From positions 2,452,244-2,516,243 of the forward strand of contig MU058252.1 in the NCBI GenBank assembly GCA_013265495.1: DNA of 64,000 bases, in the 5' to 3' direction. The translations under genes were made by a program, and so were the position numbers. The notes under the pieces are model-generated. The model had not been told where the DNA came from, ran no database searches, and worked only from the letters and a program-made list of their open reading frames with translations. Origin of the DNA: Vicugna vicugna. Lineage: Eukaryota. Below are positions 38,000 through 51,040 of the stretch, in pieces. Positions within the stretch are counted from its first letter, which is position 1. The number at the start of each line of letters is the position of its first letter.

Positions 38000-39060
38000 T
38001 TAAACCCTTTCTGTGTATTAATGTGCGTCCTCACAGTCACCCCGTGAGGTTAGGACGGTTACCGTCTCGCCTTTGCAGGTGGGGAGACTGAGGCAGTTCA
38101 GACACTCGACCGAGGCACACGGCTCAGAAGCGGTGCCTGTGTAACTGATATGTGATGAGCATAGTTTTAAACGCCAGGATTTATGCTGGAAACGAGATGA
38201 CGAGGGCTGGCACAGGATCAGGCACCGGGCAGCCTCCCCCTCCGCGGGCCCTTCTGCCCTGGGAACCGGGTTCAAGATCGTCTGTGAGTTGCCCTTGAAT
38301 CTCTTGTCCTCCTCTACGTAACTGGGTGACAGACCCCGAGAGAATTATGCAACGTAACACAAGCGTTGTCCGTTGTCAAGATGCATAACTCGTGCTAACT
38401 TGTTAAAAGTCAAAGTAGCCACAAGTCCAAAGATGAGCCACCATGTGTCCTTAGGAGAATGTTCTAGGAGATGTCAGGATACCGTGCTTTGTTGGGTTTC
38501 AGATGCGTCTTGTGTCTGGGTGTAAGGTCTCTGGAATAAGTGTGCTGTTCGGACAGGGCCCGCTTGAAATTGGCACACAGGTGGATTTTAGCGCCACAAC
38601 GTGTTTCTGTCAGTGGCCCCTCTTTTATAGTCATACCATGTATTGGGGAACTTGAACTTTCTCTGATGCTGTGGCCTTGGCCTCCATCCTGCCACCTGAG
38701 AAAAATGTGAACCACCCTCATCCTGCCTAAAAGAGCATCCCCAGGTCCTCGGGGCCGGGCGCCACAAAGACGGAGAGATACAGGGTTTGGAGTCAAAAAC
38801 CGGTTTGAGACGTGGGTCTCTGTGACTTTGTCTCAATGACATAAACTTTCTACGACTTGGTTTCCTCATTGTCAGAGGAGCAGTCATCCCACCCAAGAGA
38901 GGACTCGTCGAGGACACTGTGTAGCTGGAGTGTTGGCGCGGGCTTGGACGAGGTCTGGTGGATTCCAAGCAGGCCGATGACTACCTTGTCCCTCCGTGTC
39001 CCACTCTGCCTGTGGCCCCATCAGCCGGGCGCGGGTACGTAGCACGCATTTGATGGTGGT
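38000..39060. mobile_element. Two degraded MIRs (~38000-38190 minus, ~38770-39060 plus)
   Basis: cctttgcaggtggggagactgaggcag; gggtttggagtcaaaaacc...ttggtttcctcattgt. Confidence 0.55.
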
Positions 39061-40080
39061 GCTTCGCCAGGTGATCTTGCGCGTCCACTGCAGCTGACCT
39101 TAGGGTTCTCCCACCTATGCAGGTATCCGCAGCGGTGCCCACGTCTTCAAACAGCACGTGGGCAACAAGGTAGAGGCTGCCACCCCTCAGGTAAAGGTTG
39201 GCTTCCCCCGTGGGTAATTTTTATGCCATCTCCTGCTCCTGGGCCTTCCCTCCTCTCTGTTCCCCACACCCCTCGGGAGGGGAAGGTGCAGGCTGTGAAG
39301 AGTGCGCCCCTCCCCGGGGGAACAGCTGTGGCTTCAGACTCAAGACTGGAACGGGGGAGCAGCCGTGTGCTGCGGAGGAAGGCTGCGCCTGGCCTTCCCT
39401 GAGGTGCGGCTTCCTTGGAGTTGTTACCAAGTTGAACGCTCCCTGGGAAGATCTCGCACGCGATGGCTTGTTTATAGTCACTAGACGTGCAGACACTTCT
39501 CCCGCCTTTCACGAGAAAACAGAACCAAACAAACAGAAGACTCTACAGTGTGCTTGGGCAGGTGACTGTGGGTGGTTTCTACGGGGGTTGGAAGCTATCA
39601 TAATTGATCCGTGTAGAACAGGAGGTTAAATGGTGACTCTGAAGCCACGCCCGAAGGCCAGAGCATCCCCAGACATCTGCCCACCTGACACCTTGCTCCG
39701 GTCCCAGGGGCAATGCCCGTCCACATCTGAAGGGTCAGCACGCACAGCCTGTCTCCAGTTCCCACCCCGTCAGGATGCAGGCGGTGGGGTCCACCGTAAG
39801 CCCTCTTTGAGCTGGGACTGGACTCACCTCCGCCCACCCCGGGGGCCCCACCAGCGTGACCTGCTTGGCTGCTGAGTCCTAGAACCCCTCCCACGCCGCC
39901 CGAGACCTCTCACCTGAGAGGAGACTAGCGAAGACATTCCAGCTGGCTCGGAATCCTGGACTTGACAACGGTTGTGTCATCTGGAGCAAGTGGTGTCAAC
40001 TCTCTCTGCCTAGGCTTACCCGGCTGTGAGATGAGGATGGAAATTGCCTACATTGTGGGGTTCAAGAATAATTGAGCTCA

Positions 40081-40575
40081 ATGGAATACCACTCAGCCAT
40101 AAAAATAATAAAATAATGCCATTTGCAGCAACATGGATGCTCCCAGAGATGGTCATTCTAAGTGAAGTAAGCCAGAAAGAGAAAGAAAAATACCATATGA
40201 GATCGCTCATATGTGGAATCTAAAAGAAAAAAAAAAGACACAAATGAACTTATTTACAACACAGAAACAGACTCATAGACATAGGAAACAAACCTACGGT
40301 TACCAGTGGGGAAAGGGGATGGGAAGGGATAAATTGAGAGTTTGAGATTTGCAGATACAAACTACTGTATATAAAATCGATAAACAACAAGTTTCTACTG
40401 AATAGCACAGGGAGCTATATTCAATATCTTGTAGTGACGTATAATGAAAAACAATCTGTATGTATATGTATGACTGAACTGTCATGCTGTACACCAGAAA
40501 CTGACACAACATTGTAAACTGATTATACTTAAAAATTTTTTAAAAAGGATTAAAAATTTTTTTAAATTAAAAAGA
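40081..40575 (+). mobile_element. L1 3' end inserted in a MIR (~39940-40080 and ~40575-40640)
   Basis: atggaataccactcagccataaaa...acaacattgtaaactgattatactt plus A-rich tail. TSD-like aattgagctcaat / aattgagttaat. Confidence 0.88.
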
Positions 40576-41239
40576 GAATTGAGTTAATACACAGGAACTG
40601 TACGTATGCTTGGAACTTGGTGTTTGTTAGTAAACATCAGCCCTGATCACCTTCATCATCATCACCTTCATCATCATCTTCGTCATCGCCAGCAGGACCG
40701 TAGTGAGCATTTATAAAGGTGAAGCAGCACGCGGGGCTCCCTGGAGCACACACCGCGGGCGAGGTGTTCTTCAAGGAAGTTACTCTCCATTCGAGGCAAA
40801 CAACAATAACAATAACAATAACAGCAAGCACAAACAGTCGTTCTGTGAAGCTCACGTAGCACAGGTCACTGTGGAATGCCAAGCACAAAGAGGATGCCTG
40901 GGGCAGGCCTGTGTAGACAGACCTCGAGCATCCTTGACGATCCTGGGATCTTCCCAGACAGAAGCTCGGAGGGTCAAGCAGGACTCCGAGTGCGCCCCAT
41001 GCAACCCCAGGCATAAGAGCGCACGGTGAGCAGACATCAGCCTGCCACCCACGCAGAGTGCACCGGACAGTGTGCTGTCCCGGGGATGTTGGTGGCTGGC
41101 TTGTTCTTCTGACACCACGAGGTCAAGGGAACAGGTGCTTCTGGACCCAGATCACTCCAGTCATCTTTGCAGATGCACGAAAACAGCTGTTTCCAAATTT
41201 GAAAGTAATACGTTGTGCTAACATAGAGCTTTTTTGCCT

Positions 41240-41400
41240 TTCAACGTTTTCCCAAACATTGGCTCATTTGATCCTCCTGACTTTCATATAAGATACGAAA
41301 GGCAGGTAGTATCTGCTCTGTTTGACAACTGAGGAAGCAGAGTCACCAGAAGACACCTGATCATGCTCATCAGAGAGTCGGGGAGTGAGTCCCGGATCCC
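41240..41400 (-). mobile_element. MIR SINE, degraded
   Basis: ctcatttgatcctcc...ggcaggtagtatc...tttgacaactgaggaagcagag. Confidence 0.55.
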
Positions 41401-41639
41401 CCTCTGGTCAGCTTGTGGACTGAGAGGTGCCTGTTGTAGCTGACTTATAGACCAATGGAGTCATTGTTACCAGATTCTGCCAGGACTTTGAGACGATTTG
41501 CAGAACGTAAGAAATGGGGAAGTCATGCAAATTTCAACCAACTGATTGTACTTCTGAAATACAAACAGGCAAAGTGCCCACAGCACTGAACACAGGGGTT
41601 TGGACACTGAGGACTCAGTGCCCTGGCAATGAGGAGGCA

Positions 41640-42088
41640 GCATTTGTTCAGCCTTATTCACAACAGCCAAAAGGCAGAAACAACCCAAGTGTCCATCAGC
41701 TGCTGAATAGATACATCAAGTGGGTGGTCTGTACGTGCCATGGAGTGTCACGCAGACAAAAAAGAGTGAAGGTCTGATGTGTCCTACAGCATGGATAAGC
41801 TTGAAAAAATTATACTCAGTGAACAGACAGTAAGGACAGACATTGTGTGATCCCACTTACATGAAATATCTGGAATAGGCAAATCCATCGAGGGAGAGAG
41901 TTGTCAGAGGTCACCACGGGCTGAGGAGAGCAAAGGGGACTTACTGCTTCGTGGTTACGGAGTCTCACTTTGAAGTGATGGAAACCTTCTGGCTGTAGAT
42001 AGTAGTGGGGTTGCACAACCTTGTGAGTATATTTAACTGCCACTGAATTATAGACTTAAAGCTGGTTAACTGGCAAATTTCATTATAT
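41640..42088 (+). mobile_element. L1MB-type 3' end
   Basis: ttattcacaacagccaaaaggcagaaacaacccaagtgtccatc...gttgcacaaccttgtgagtatatttaactgccactgaatt. Confidence 0.8.
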
Positions 42089-43503
42089 ATAGCACACCTC
42101 ATTTTATTGCACTTTGCTTTATTGTACTTCACAGACATTGCCTTTTTTTTTTTTTTAACAAACTGAAGGCTTGTGGCAACCCTGCATCGAGCAAGTCTAT
42201 TGGCACCATTTTTCCAACAGCATTTGCTCACTTAGTGTCTCTGTGTCACATTTTGGTAAATGTGTCAGACCCTCTACTAGCAAAAAGATTTCAACTCATT
42301 GAAGGCTCAGTTGATGGTTGATCCAAATCCATAAAATCAGAAATGAAAAAGAAGTGACAACTGACACCAGAGAAATACAAAGGATCATAAGAGACTACTA
42401 TGAACAACTACGTGCCAACAAAATGGACATCCTAGAAGAAATGGACAAATTCTTAGAATGGTACAATCTCCCAAGACTGAACGAGGAAGAAACAGAAAAT
42501 GTGAACCGAACAATTACTGGTCATGAAACTGAATCAGTAATTTAAAAACTCCCCACAAACAAAAGGCCAGGACCAGATGACTTCACAGGTGAATTCTATC
42601 AAACATGTAGAGAAGAGTTAACATCTATCCTTCTCAAACTACCCCAAAAATTTTCAGAGGAAAGAACACTTCTAAACTCACTCTATGAGGCCAGCATCAG
42701 CCTGATACCCAAACCAGACAAAGATATCACAGTAAAAGAAAATTAAGGGCCCGTATCACTGACGAACATAGATGCAAAAACCCTCAACAAAACATTAGCA
42801 AACTGAATCCAACAACACATTAGAAAGATCATACACCATGATCAAGTGGGATTTATCCCAGGGGTGCAGAAATTTTTCAATATCCACAAATCTGTGATAC
42901 ATCACATTGACAATCTGAAGAATAAAAACTATATGATCATCTCAATAGATGCAGAAAAAACTTACGACATTCAACATCCATTTATGATAAAAACTCTCCA
43001 GAAAGTGGGCATAGAGGGAACATAACTCAACATGACAAAGGCCATTTATGACAAACCCACAGCTAACATCACACGCAATGGTGAAAAGCTGAAAGCATTT
43101 TCTCCAAGATCAGGAACAAGACAAGGATGCCCACTCTCACTGTTTTTATTGAACATAATATGGGAAGTCCTAGCCACAGCAATCAGACAAGAAAAGGAAA
43201 TAAAAGGAATCCAAATGGGAAAGGAAGAAGTAAAACTGTCACTGTTTGCAGATGATGTGATACTGCACACAGAAAATCCTCAAGCTGCCACCAGAAAAGT
43301 AGCAATAAAGTATTTTTAAGTTAAGGTATGTATCTTGTTGTTTTTAGACATAACACTATTGTACGCTTAATAGACAACAGTAGGGTGTAAACATAACTTT
43401 TCCATGCACTGGAAAACCAAAGGTGGCATGTGATTTGCTTTATTGCAATGTTGTCTTTATTGTAGTGGTCTGAAACTAAACCCACAGTGTCTCAAAGGTA
43501 TGC

Positions 43504-43506
<3 letters not shown>
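42089..43506 (+). mobile_element. Tigger1-derived element (42089-42319 plus 43300-43506), split by an L1 fragment
   Basis: 5' gcacacctcattttattgcactttgc...gtgtcacattttggtaa; 3' tagcaataaagtattttt...ctcaaaggtatgc. Confidence 0.88.
42320..43298 (+). mobile_element. Internal L1 ORF2 fragment (RT region), disrupted
   Basis: IRNEKEVTTDTREIQRIIRDYYEQL...GTRQGCPLS...[11 protein letters not shown] (RT FADD motif). Contains stops and frameshifts; no 3' UTR or poly-A. Confidence 0.92.

Positions 43507-43539
<33 letters not shown>
43507..43539. repeat. (TG)16 microsatellite
   Basis: Perfect run at the Tigger end. Confidence 0.95.
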
Positions 43540-43541
<2 letters not shown>

Positions 43542-44239
43542 AAAAACACAGCTATACTAAGTTTCTGTGAGAAAGTATTTTTAAAAAGTGAAGAGATGGT
43601 GACATAATGAATATTATAATTTTTGAGAAGCGTGGTAGGTTCTTATATTTCCCATGAGAAAAAGCATTACTGTCCCAATGCAGAGGTGATCTCCATTTCA
43701 CTTGAGGACGGATGGTCACTGCTGTGCATTTTACGAAATATATGCCGAGCACTGTGTGTTTAGGAAATAGAAAAGGCAAAGTCTGTAAAGAGATAACAGT
43801 TTAACTTTTTGCAAGAAAACTTGGGCGTGTTTTTCATTCTGACATACGGACAACAAGCAAGACAAGGGTCTACTTTGTAAACCTGTTTCACCTTACATTC
43901 TCAAGAACCATTTGTCGTCTGTCTTCCCCAATCGTACTGAAATATACCTCCAAGAAAATACAGCTAATTCCTCAGTACTGTTTTTTTTTTAATATGTGTG
44001 CTCTGGATGTGTGTGCTAAATATTTCAGAGTTTGTATGCCCTATGTGGGAAAAGAATCAATTCAGTTTTCCAAAACCGCAGAACTGAGAAGAGCACCTAC
44101 GTTTTACAGAAAGGGCAGGAGGAGTCGCTGAGGCGGGAGATGGTTTTGTCCAATGACGGGGATAAGAAGACGTGGTCCCCCACCCAGGCCCTGAGTCAGC
44201 CTCCATCTCCACCGACAGCCCTGGGCAATTTCATCCTCC

Positions 44240-44340
44240 TTTTCTTTTCAGTTGAAGCATAGCTGATCTGCAGTGTTGCGTTAGCTTCCAGGGGAGGAAG
44301 ACAGAGATCATACGTGTCACTTACATGTGAAATCTGCAAC
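44240..44340 (-). mobile_element. Tiny L1 insertion with inversion
   Basis: Minus-strand L1 terminus (ttgaagcatagctgatctgcagtgttgcgttag) fused to a plus-strand 3' UTR piece (gaagacagagatcatacgtgtcacttacatgtgaaatct). Confidence 0.65.
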
Positions 44341-46439
44341 AGGGCGGTTCATCATCTTCGCGCACCCGAAGCAGCAGGAGTGACTGTGACGCTTAACCTC
44401 CAGCTGTGTGTTCAGGGCAGACACTGAGCCTCTGGGTCCTTGGGGCCATGCAGGTCACAGGTGCCTCGGGCCATCGTGGGAAGTGGACCAGACAGGGCAG
44501 TGGTGCTCCCTTAGATAAAGGCAGCAGGGCCGTGTGTCCATCTGATGGCCTGGCAAGGAGACAGCTTCACCTGTGGAGTGACTGTGAGGAGCACGTTCTC
44601 CACCAGGCAAGGGGATTATTGACAAGATTTTCATTTTGAGGCACAGCTCCCTGAATGTCCAGAGTCAGTGGCCAGCTGGCCTTCAAGCGCAGACCTCACA
44701 CGGCCCTGTCCCTGTTCTGAGCCGTCTGTGTCTTCCCGGTGGAGCTTCTCTGTGGCCTTGGGGACCATCTCCGTGGTGCCGAGGAAACAGCTCTCCTGCC
44801 CTGACGCTCCCTGGCCCCCGAGGCCGCTGCCTCATCGTCCACACCCCCAACCAGCTCCGCTCCTGGGATGTCCGTGCTTCAGGGAGGCTTGTCTTCTGAG
44901 GGCGCTGGAGGCTTACGAGGGGAGGGAGGACAGAAATCCACCTTCCCGGACACTTGGGGGTGCTCGGTTTCAGCGCGGCTGATCTTGCGTCTGTAAATGC
45001 AGAGGGGGGTCCCTCCTCCTGGTGGGGCTGGCTGTCTCAGGTTTGGACAAATCCTACTTGGTGCAAAAAATAACCTCCCAAGTTAGTGTTGGCTGTCATC
45101 TGGTTTAGGTAAGTGTCATGCCGTCATGCAGCTGGACAAACCTCAAGTGGACGTACCTTCTGCATTGCCATCATTTCCCAAGAACCCTGTCCTCAAGAGA
45201 AGAAGAGAGAATTAACAGCAGAGCTGCCGTGTAGACGGGAGCTGGGAGCAGCAGAGGGACAGGGCGCACGGCCGGCCTCCCGCCAGGCCCATCTGTGTGG
45301 CGGGCCGACACCGGCAGCTCAGTCATGCTTCTGGAGCCAGACTCCCCGCAGGGCCGGCAGAAGGGGCTCTTGTCACTTTCCACCTTCCCTCATTAAACAG
45401 CAGCGTCTGGTAGAGCAGGAGGTGGCGGTGGGGGGGCTGCCCAGAGATGGTCCTGCTATTTTTGTCCCCGAATCACTGAGGGTATAAAAGGTGAGGGGGC
45501 AGCGTCCATCTTGAAGGTGACTGGGTCGTTTTAGAGGATTTGGCCATCACCCCTGGAGAGAACTTCTACAGAAAATGAGGCTGATAAAAATGGGCTGAGG
45601 CCACTGCCACCCAGGGGAGTGTGAGGGCTTCCCCCAATGCCTCGGCCCCCGGGCATCTCAAATCTGGCCCCCCGATGCCCCGGCCACACCCCTCCCTGAG
45701 CTCGGGATCTCTGGAGTCATGAGAGCCTTCCTCTGACTTCTGGAGTCTGCTTGTCTGAGACTTACCGAGGGGTGTGATGGTGGCAGGTGGCGGGGGGGGG
45801 GACTCGCTCATTGTTGATGTGACACAATGCAGTCCCGCAGTGGAGCCCGGGGAGCTCTGCTGGGCGAACCTCCTGCCCAGAGATGGGGGAGGGGTGTGAG
45901 GCGAGGGGGTGGCAGGGAGGGGGTGAGACCTTGGAAGTCACGACACACAAGGCAGGACTGATCGGTGAAGGACTGGAACTGGACGTGAGACCAGGGAGCC
46001 ACGGTGCCCATGTGGCAGAGTGAAGCCACCACTGACCCCATATCACCCCTCCACACAGGAGGAGGACTTCTGAGCGCAGGACAGGGTCCCCCGCATGCTC
46101 CCCTTACCGGTTTCCTATTGTAGGGCCGGCAGCCACGTCCAGGGGACTCGGGATGAGAGGACTGGGCCGCCTGCACTCTGCGGCCGACTCGCTGAGGGAC
46201 CCCAGACCGGTAGCACACCTGCCATCTGCAACAACTACTCCTCTCGAGAGGGGAGACGATGTATGCCTTGCCCGCTTTTTAAGGCAGGCTTGAATAATAT
46301 GACATCATATGTAAGGGCGCAGGTTATCCTCCCTGTGGAAGCCATGACTCACATAAAGCAGTTTCATCCCCGAGATGACTCCCTCTGAGCTTTGCTCCTT
46401 GCAAGTGGCAGAGGAAGAAGCCGGTGTGACCGTGAATGC

Positions 46440-46640
46440 TTCAGCTATTATCTATCGAGCACCTGCTCCACGCCGGGCGCTGGTTTAAGGCCTTATAATG
46501 TGCTGATGAATAAAGCAGATTGTAAATTTCTGCCCCGGGACTTGGTATCCTCATGGACACTTGAAGAAACCTGATTCTACTTAAAGTGAATGCACAGGGG
46601 AAGTTATATGCAGAACGTGACAATCATGGGCGACACAAAA
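46440..46640 (-). mobile_element. L2 3' fragment
   Basis: tatctatcgagcacctgctccacgccgggcgctgg...gatgaataaagcaga. Confidence 0.55.
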
Positions 46641-47517
46641 ATAAATTTCAGGAGAGATTGATTTTGAAATTAGTGTAGTGCTCACAGGCTCTGCCACTCC
46701 GAGACTGACAGCCTGTCACCTGTCTGTCTGTACTTGTGAAGTGCAATGAGTAATGTGTGTCAGGAGTGTGGACCGGGTTGAACAAAGAGGAAGGCTTGCA
46801 GAGTGGCATAAAAAGGCAGTTCCAGGCAGAAGAGGATGCTGATGAAAGAAGAGAAAAGCTGGCCGTGAGAGTTAGTGGAGTCTCAAAGGAAAGGAGAGGA
46901 GAAACGGGTGGCAGGAGGCACATCCAGGTGAGAAACCAGAAGCCACCCTCAGCCGAGGCAGAGAAGCATTTGAGACTCAGTAAATGACACAGACGCCACT
47001 CCCCACTCAGCGGCAGGACCAAGCTCTCCGTGTGGCACAGCAAATGCAGGCCAATGGCCACCAAGCCCACGACCGAGAGTCCTTCCCATCTGAGTCCCAT
47101 CGCTGGACCAGTGGCTTGCGGGGCACTGGTGGTACCTGATTCAGAGTCAGAGTCACCGGCACTGCGCCCCATTGGGCTGGTTCAATCCTCTCATTTCCAC
47201 AATGGACATCCTCACTTAGGGAGCACCTGCTGTGTGCAAAGCACGAGGTGGGCAGGGCACAAGTGAGCAAGGCTGGCAGGCACCTGCCCCTGCAGGACCC
47301 CGGCTGGGTAACAAAACCAGAGGGGGTGGTGACCTGCTCCGAGTCACACAGCCCGTGTGAGTGGCAGACCCTGCGCTGACACCAGGGAGCACACCTTCCT
47401 CCTCCAGGGGGCAGGACTGACATCGCATTTGTGTGGACTTTTGCTCAGCGAGCCCCCTCCAGAGTCCAGGGAACAAACACCATGTGAACTGGGAGCCGGA
47501 TGTGGACAGCGTGCAGG

Positions 47518-47860
47518 GTGTCAGTCTGCTGGGGAGGCTACAACAAAATGCTGTAGCCGGGGGCAGGGGGGTGCTCATAAGTAACTGACACTTATTTCTC
47601 ATTGTTCTGGAAGCTGGAAGCCCAAGATCAAGGCGCCGGCAGGTTCAGTGGCTGGTGGGGTCGTTCTTGGTTCGTATCTTCTCACCGTGTCCTCACGTGG
47701 CGGGAGGCGCGAGGCAGCCCTCAGGGCCTCCTTCCCCAGGACACCGATCCCACTCGTGAGGCTCTGTCCGCAGGACCTGGTCACCCCCTGGTCGTCCCAT
47801 CTCCAAATGCCATCACACTGGAGTTTGGTTTTAACATATGAATTCGGGATGGGGTGGGGG
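47518..47860 (-). mobile_element. MaLR solo LTR (MLT1A-like)
   Basis: cttatttctcattgttctggaagctggaagcccaagatcaaggcgccggcagg...ccatcacactgg...aacatatgaatt. Confidence 0.8.
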
Positions 47861-48249
47861 GGCGGACGCGAATATTTATTCTAAAGTCAGCACTGAAGCT
47901 AAACGTCCTGAACCCGGAGTTACTCTTGCCCCATGAGCCACACGGACCAGATTAATCAAAATAAGGAACCCAGGAGCCCTCGGGTTGAAATACAATAGTT
48001 GGAGGGACCAGAACGCTTGGCAGAACAGTCGATGGAGAGGCTGTTGAAAAAGAAATGGGGCGTAACCAGTACGGTGTATCCCCACCGTCACAGAATTGCT
48101 GCGCAGTGAGTTCCACGTGGGCCCAGCGAGCGCCAGGGAAAGAGGACGAGTGAAAGGCGGAAGTGAGGGACGCGTGTCTGACGTTGGCGGTCCCTCGCTC
48201 CGGGCTTTCCAGGGGGTTATCTGTGTACTGTAGCTAAATTTAGCCAAAG

Positions 48250-48860
48250 AAAATGGACCCACTCTTAATTGGTCAACAGGTTCTTTGAGGTCAGCCCCGA
48301 TATACACTTTTAATTTTTCTTTTTTATCCACCCGCACTGTTTCACTGCGGGCGCTTCCTATTTCTTGCTTGGACGACTCCAGAAACTTTCTAAGCTGGTA
48401 TCCCTGTCCTGGTTCATTCTCCACACGCTGAAAAGAGACCTTCCTAAATGGCAGATCTGCTCATGACAGTTCATTGCCTACATCATTTCATCCATTGTCG
48501 CCGGGTAGAGTTTGTTCCGTTAACAAACAGGACGCCTCATAATCTGAACTTGGCCAGCTCCACACCTCCCAGCCCACTGTGCGCCCCAGCACCCGAGATG
48601 CCCTGCAGCCCCTCAAAGGGCCTTCCTGGCCATTGCCACCCTTCCTCTGTACCCGATGTCCCACGGCCCAGTCCTCTCTCCACTAGTCACCCCGGCCCCT
48701 GTGACTCCACTGGGACTTCTTACAAAAGCCGTCGAGAACCACGGGTCCGTTGATCTTGCTCAGCACACACTTGCCTTCGCGTTCATCTGGAGATACTGTC
48801 TGTCTGTCCGCCTTCCCACGAGACTGGGAGCCCTTCAAAGCCAAGGCTGATTTCTTTAAA
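48250..48860 (+). mobile_element. L2 LINE 3' region
   Basis: cattctccacacgctgaaaagagaccttcctaaatggcagatctgctcatg...agactgggagcccttcaaagccaagg. Confidence 0.6.
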
Positions 48861-48904
48861 TAGAATTCTTTTTTTTTGGTGGGGAGGGGTGGTTAGATTT
48901 ATTT

Positions 48905-49122
48905 ATTGTTTTTTAATTAAAGTATAGTCAGCTTATAATGCTGTGTCAGTTTCTGGTGTACAGACTAACTTCAGTCGTACGTGTATATACGTTCCTTTTC
49001 ATGCTCTTTTTCATTAGAGGTCACTGCAAGATACTGAGAAGAGCGCCCTGTGCCCTAGAGAAGAAACCTGTTGTTTGTCTGTTCTGTGTCTAGCGGCGTG
49101 TGTCTGCGCATCTCGACCTCCC
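48905..49122 (-). mobile_element. L1 3' end with strongly GC-shifted sequence
   Basis: ttttaattaaagtatagtcagcttataatgctgtgtcagtttctggtgtacag; aligns with the other young L1 ends in the window. Confidence 0.85.
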
Positions 49123-50789
49123 TGTGAATTGACCACACGGACCGCGCTCTTTCCCGCCTGGCATCATGCTCAGGACGGGCTTTGAGAACGTGTCAGTCAT
49201 CCTGGTTTCCATCTTGCTTCCTTCGGAGGCGCAGCTCCAGCGCGGCTGCCGTCCTGGGGCGCTGCGCTCAGCACAGGCCAGTCTTTCCGTCCCAGCGCGG
49301 CCGGGCGTCTTGGTGAGCGACGCGGTCGGTCACGAGCCCTCATCCGCTTCAGGTGCGCTCTCCCCGCCGCGCCGGGGCCCTCGGCCTGGCACGGTGGCCT
49401 GCGGGTGTGTTGGAAAGGGGGCCTTACTGGGTGCTGGAGGCTGAGGCTCCCGCATCAGCGTCTGAAAGCGTCCAGGAGCAGCTGCGGGGCCAGGGCACCC
49501 TCAGAAAGGGCGAGAAAGGCCTGGAATGAACGGGAGCCCTAGGCCCACAGGCAGGCGCAGCGTCCCCCCCAGAACCTGGAGCAGAGCTTTCTCGTCTGTC
49601 ACACGTGACCCCACTTCCCCAAAGCTTCGCAAAACCACACCCTTGCTGAGAGCTGTGTCCGCTTCTGTTTTCTGTTTTATTCTACTTTCTCTCCTTTAAC
49701 GCTGGTTGGCATGCTAAATGGCAGAATCAACTTCATGACATGAACCTTGTTTTCCTTAATTTTCCTGAGAGGGTCGTTGTCTTCCGTGGTTGTCCCTGAG
49801 CTCTGCCCCCCGGGGGACCCGGGGGGCCTCCCACTCAACACTCAAGCGCAGACACACGCTCTCTTTTTGTTGTGATTGGATAGGCCGGGCTCTGGTTCTT
49901 AAGGATTTTAACCTAGTTCTCATTTCAGCCAAAGATGCACTGAGGGGCTCGGAACCTTCCACGCTTGTCTGACGAGGTGAAGACCCGTCCCTTCCTCGTG
50001 CGGGTGTCATCTCTGATTTCTGAAGTGTTCGAAGTGTTCCCCCTCAGTGGGCATCGTTCATCCTTTCATCCTTCTTCCTTCGAGAGGCCGTCTTGGGTGG
50101 GGAGCCGGGTGGACCCGAAGAGGGCAGATGCTGAGGCACGGGTGGGGTGGGGTGGACGGGGTCCCAAGTTCCAGGCAAGCCCCGTCTCCCACCCTTGTCC
50201 TCTTGGCGGTGTGAGGGACAGTCCCTGCAGCACGGTTTGAAAGCATCTGGCTGGGCCAGTCCAGCCTTCGTCCTCTGGACGCTGTCCCGCCCTCCCAGGG
50301 CGACCTACATGCTGGCTTCCACCTCGCAGGCCCCGTGACCACCCTGCGCTCCGCAGCTCCGCGTGGGACGTCGCGCGTTGTGAGTCTGTCTGGATTTATT
50401 TTCTGGTGCTGAGTTGCCTGCAGTGAACAGTCTGGTGTTCCCTCTCCTGGAGCATCGTGAGGAGGGAGGCGCCTTCCTCTTGATTTCTGTCGAGGCAACA
50501 CTCAGGTTTTCTGAAAGTTCTCTCCCGAACACATCCACTTTTCTGTTGTTTTCTGTGTACTAAGCACAGGAGATACAAAGAGGAAGACGTGGCCTTAAGG
50601 TGACGTCAGCCCCGCAGTGGGAAGCACCACTGAGCGGCCCCGGATCACCCAGTGGGTCTGATTTCGCTCTGACGACATGCTGCGAGCCGTCTGCTGCTGC
50701 GGATGTTTAGCAGCGGAAGCCTGGACGTGGGGCTTACACGTGGCCAGCACGTGAACGGACCTGGGGTGTGCAAATAAGAAATCAGTAAA

Positions 50790-51040
50790 ACTCATTCCTT
50801 TGACTGACAGGCAACGCATCATTTTATGTGGGCCTTGCCCTGGAGAAACCCACAGTGGGGCTAGGAAGCCAGGCAGGGAAGTGGGCCACGATGCTGTGAT
50901 GTGACAAGGACTTCACATAAGTATGGGACATAAAAAGTGTGATGGGAGAACAATGAGGCAAGGGATGAAGTCTAGGGGCCGGAGGAGGTGGTATTTGAAC
51001 TGGGCATTGAAGGACGAATAGGAGCTTCTGAGCGAGGAGG
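50790..51040 (-). mobile_element. L2 fragment
   Basis: ggaggaggtggtatttgaactgggcattgaaggacgaatagga. Confidence 0.55.
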
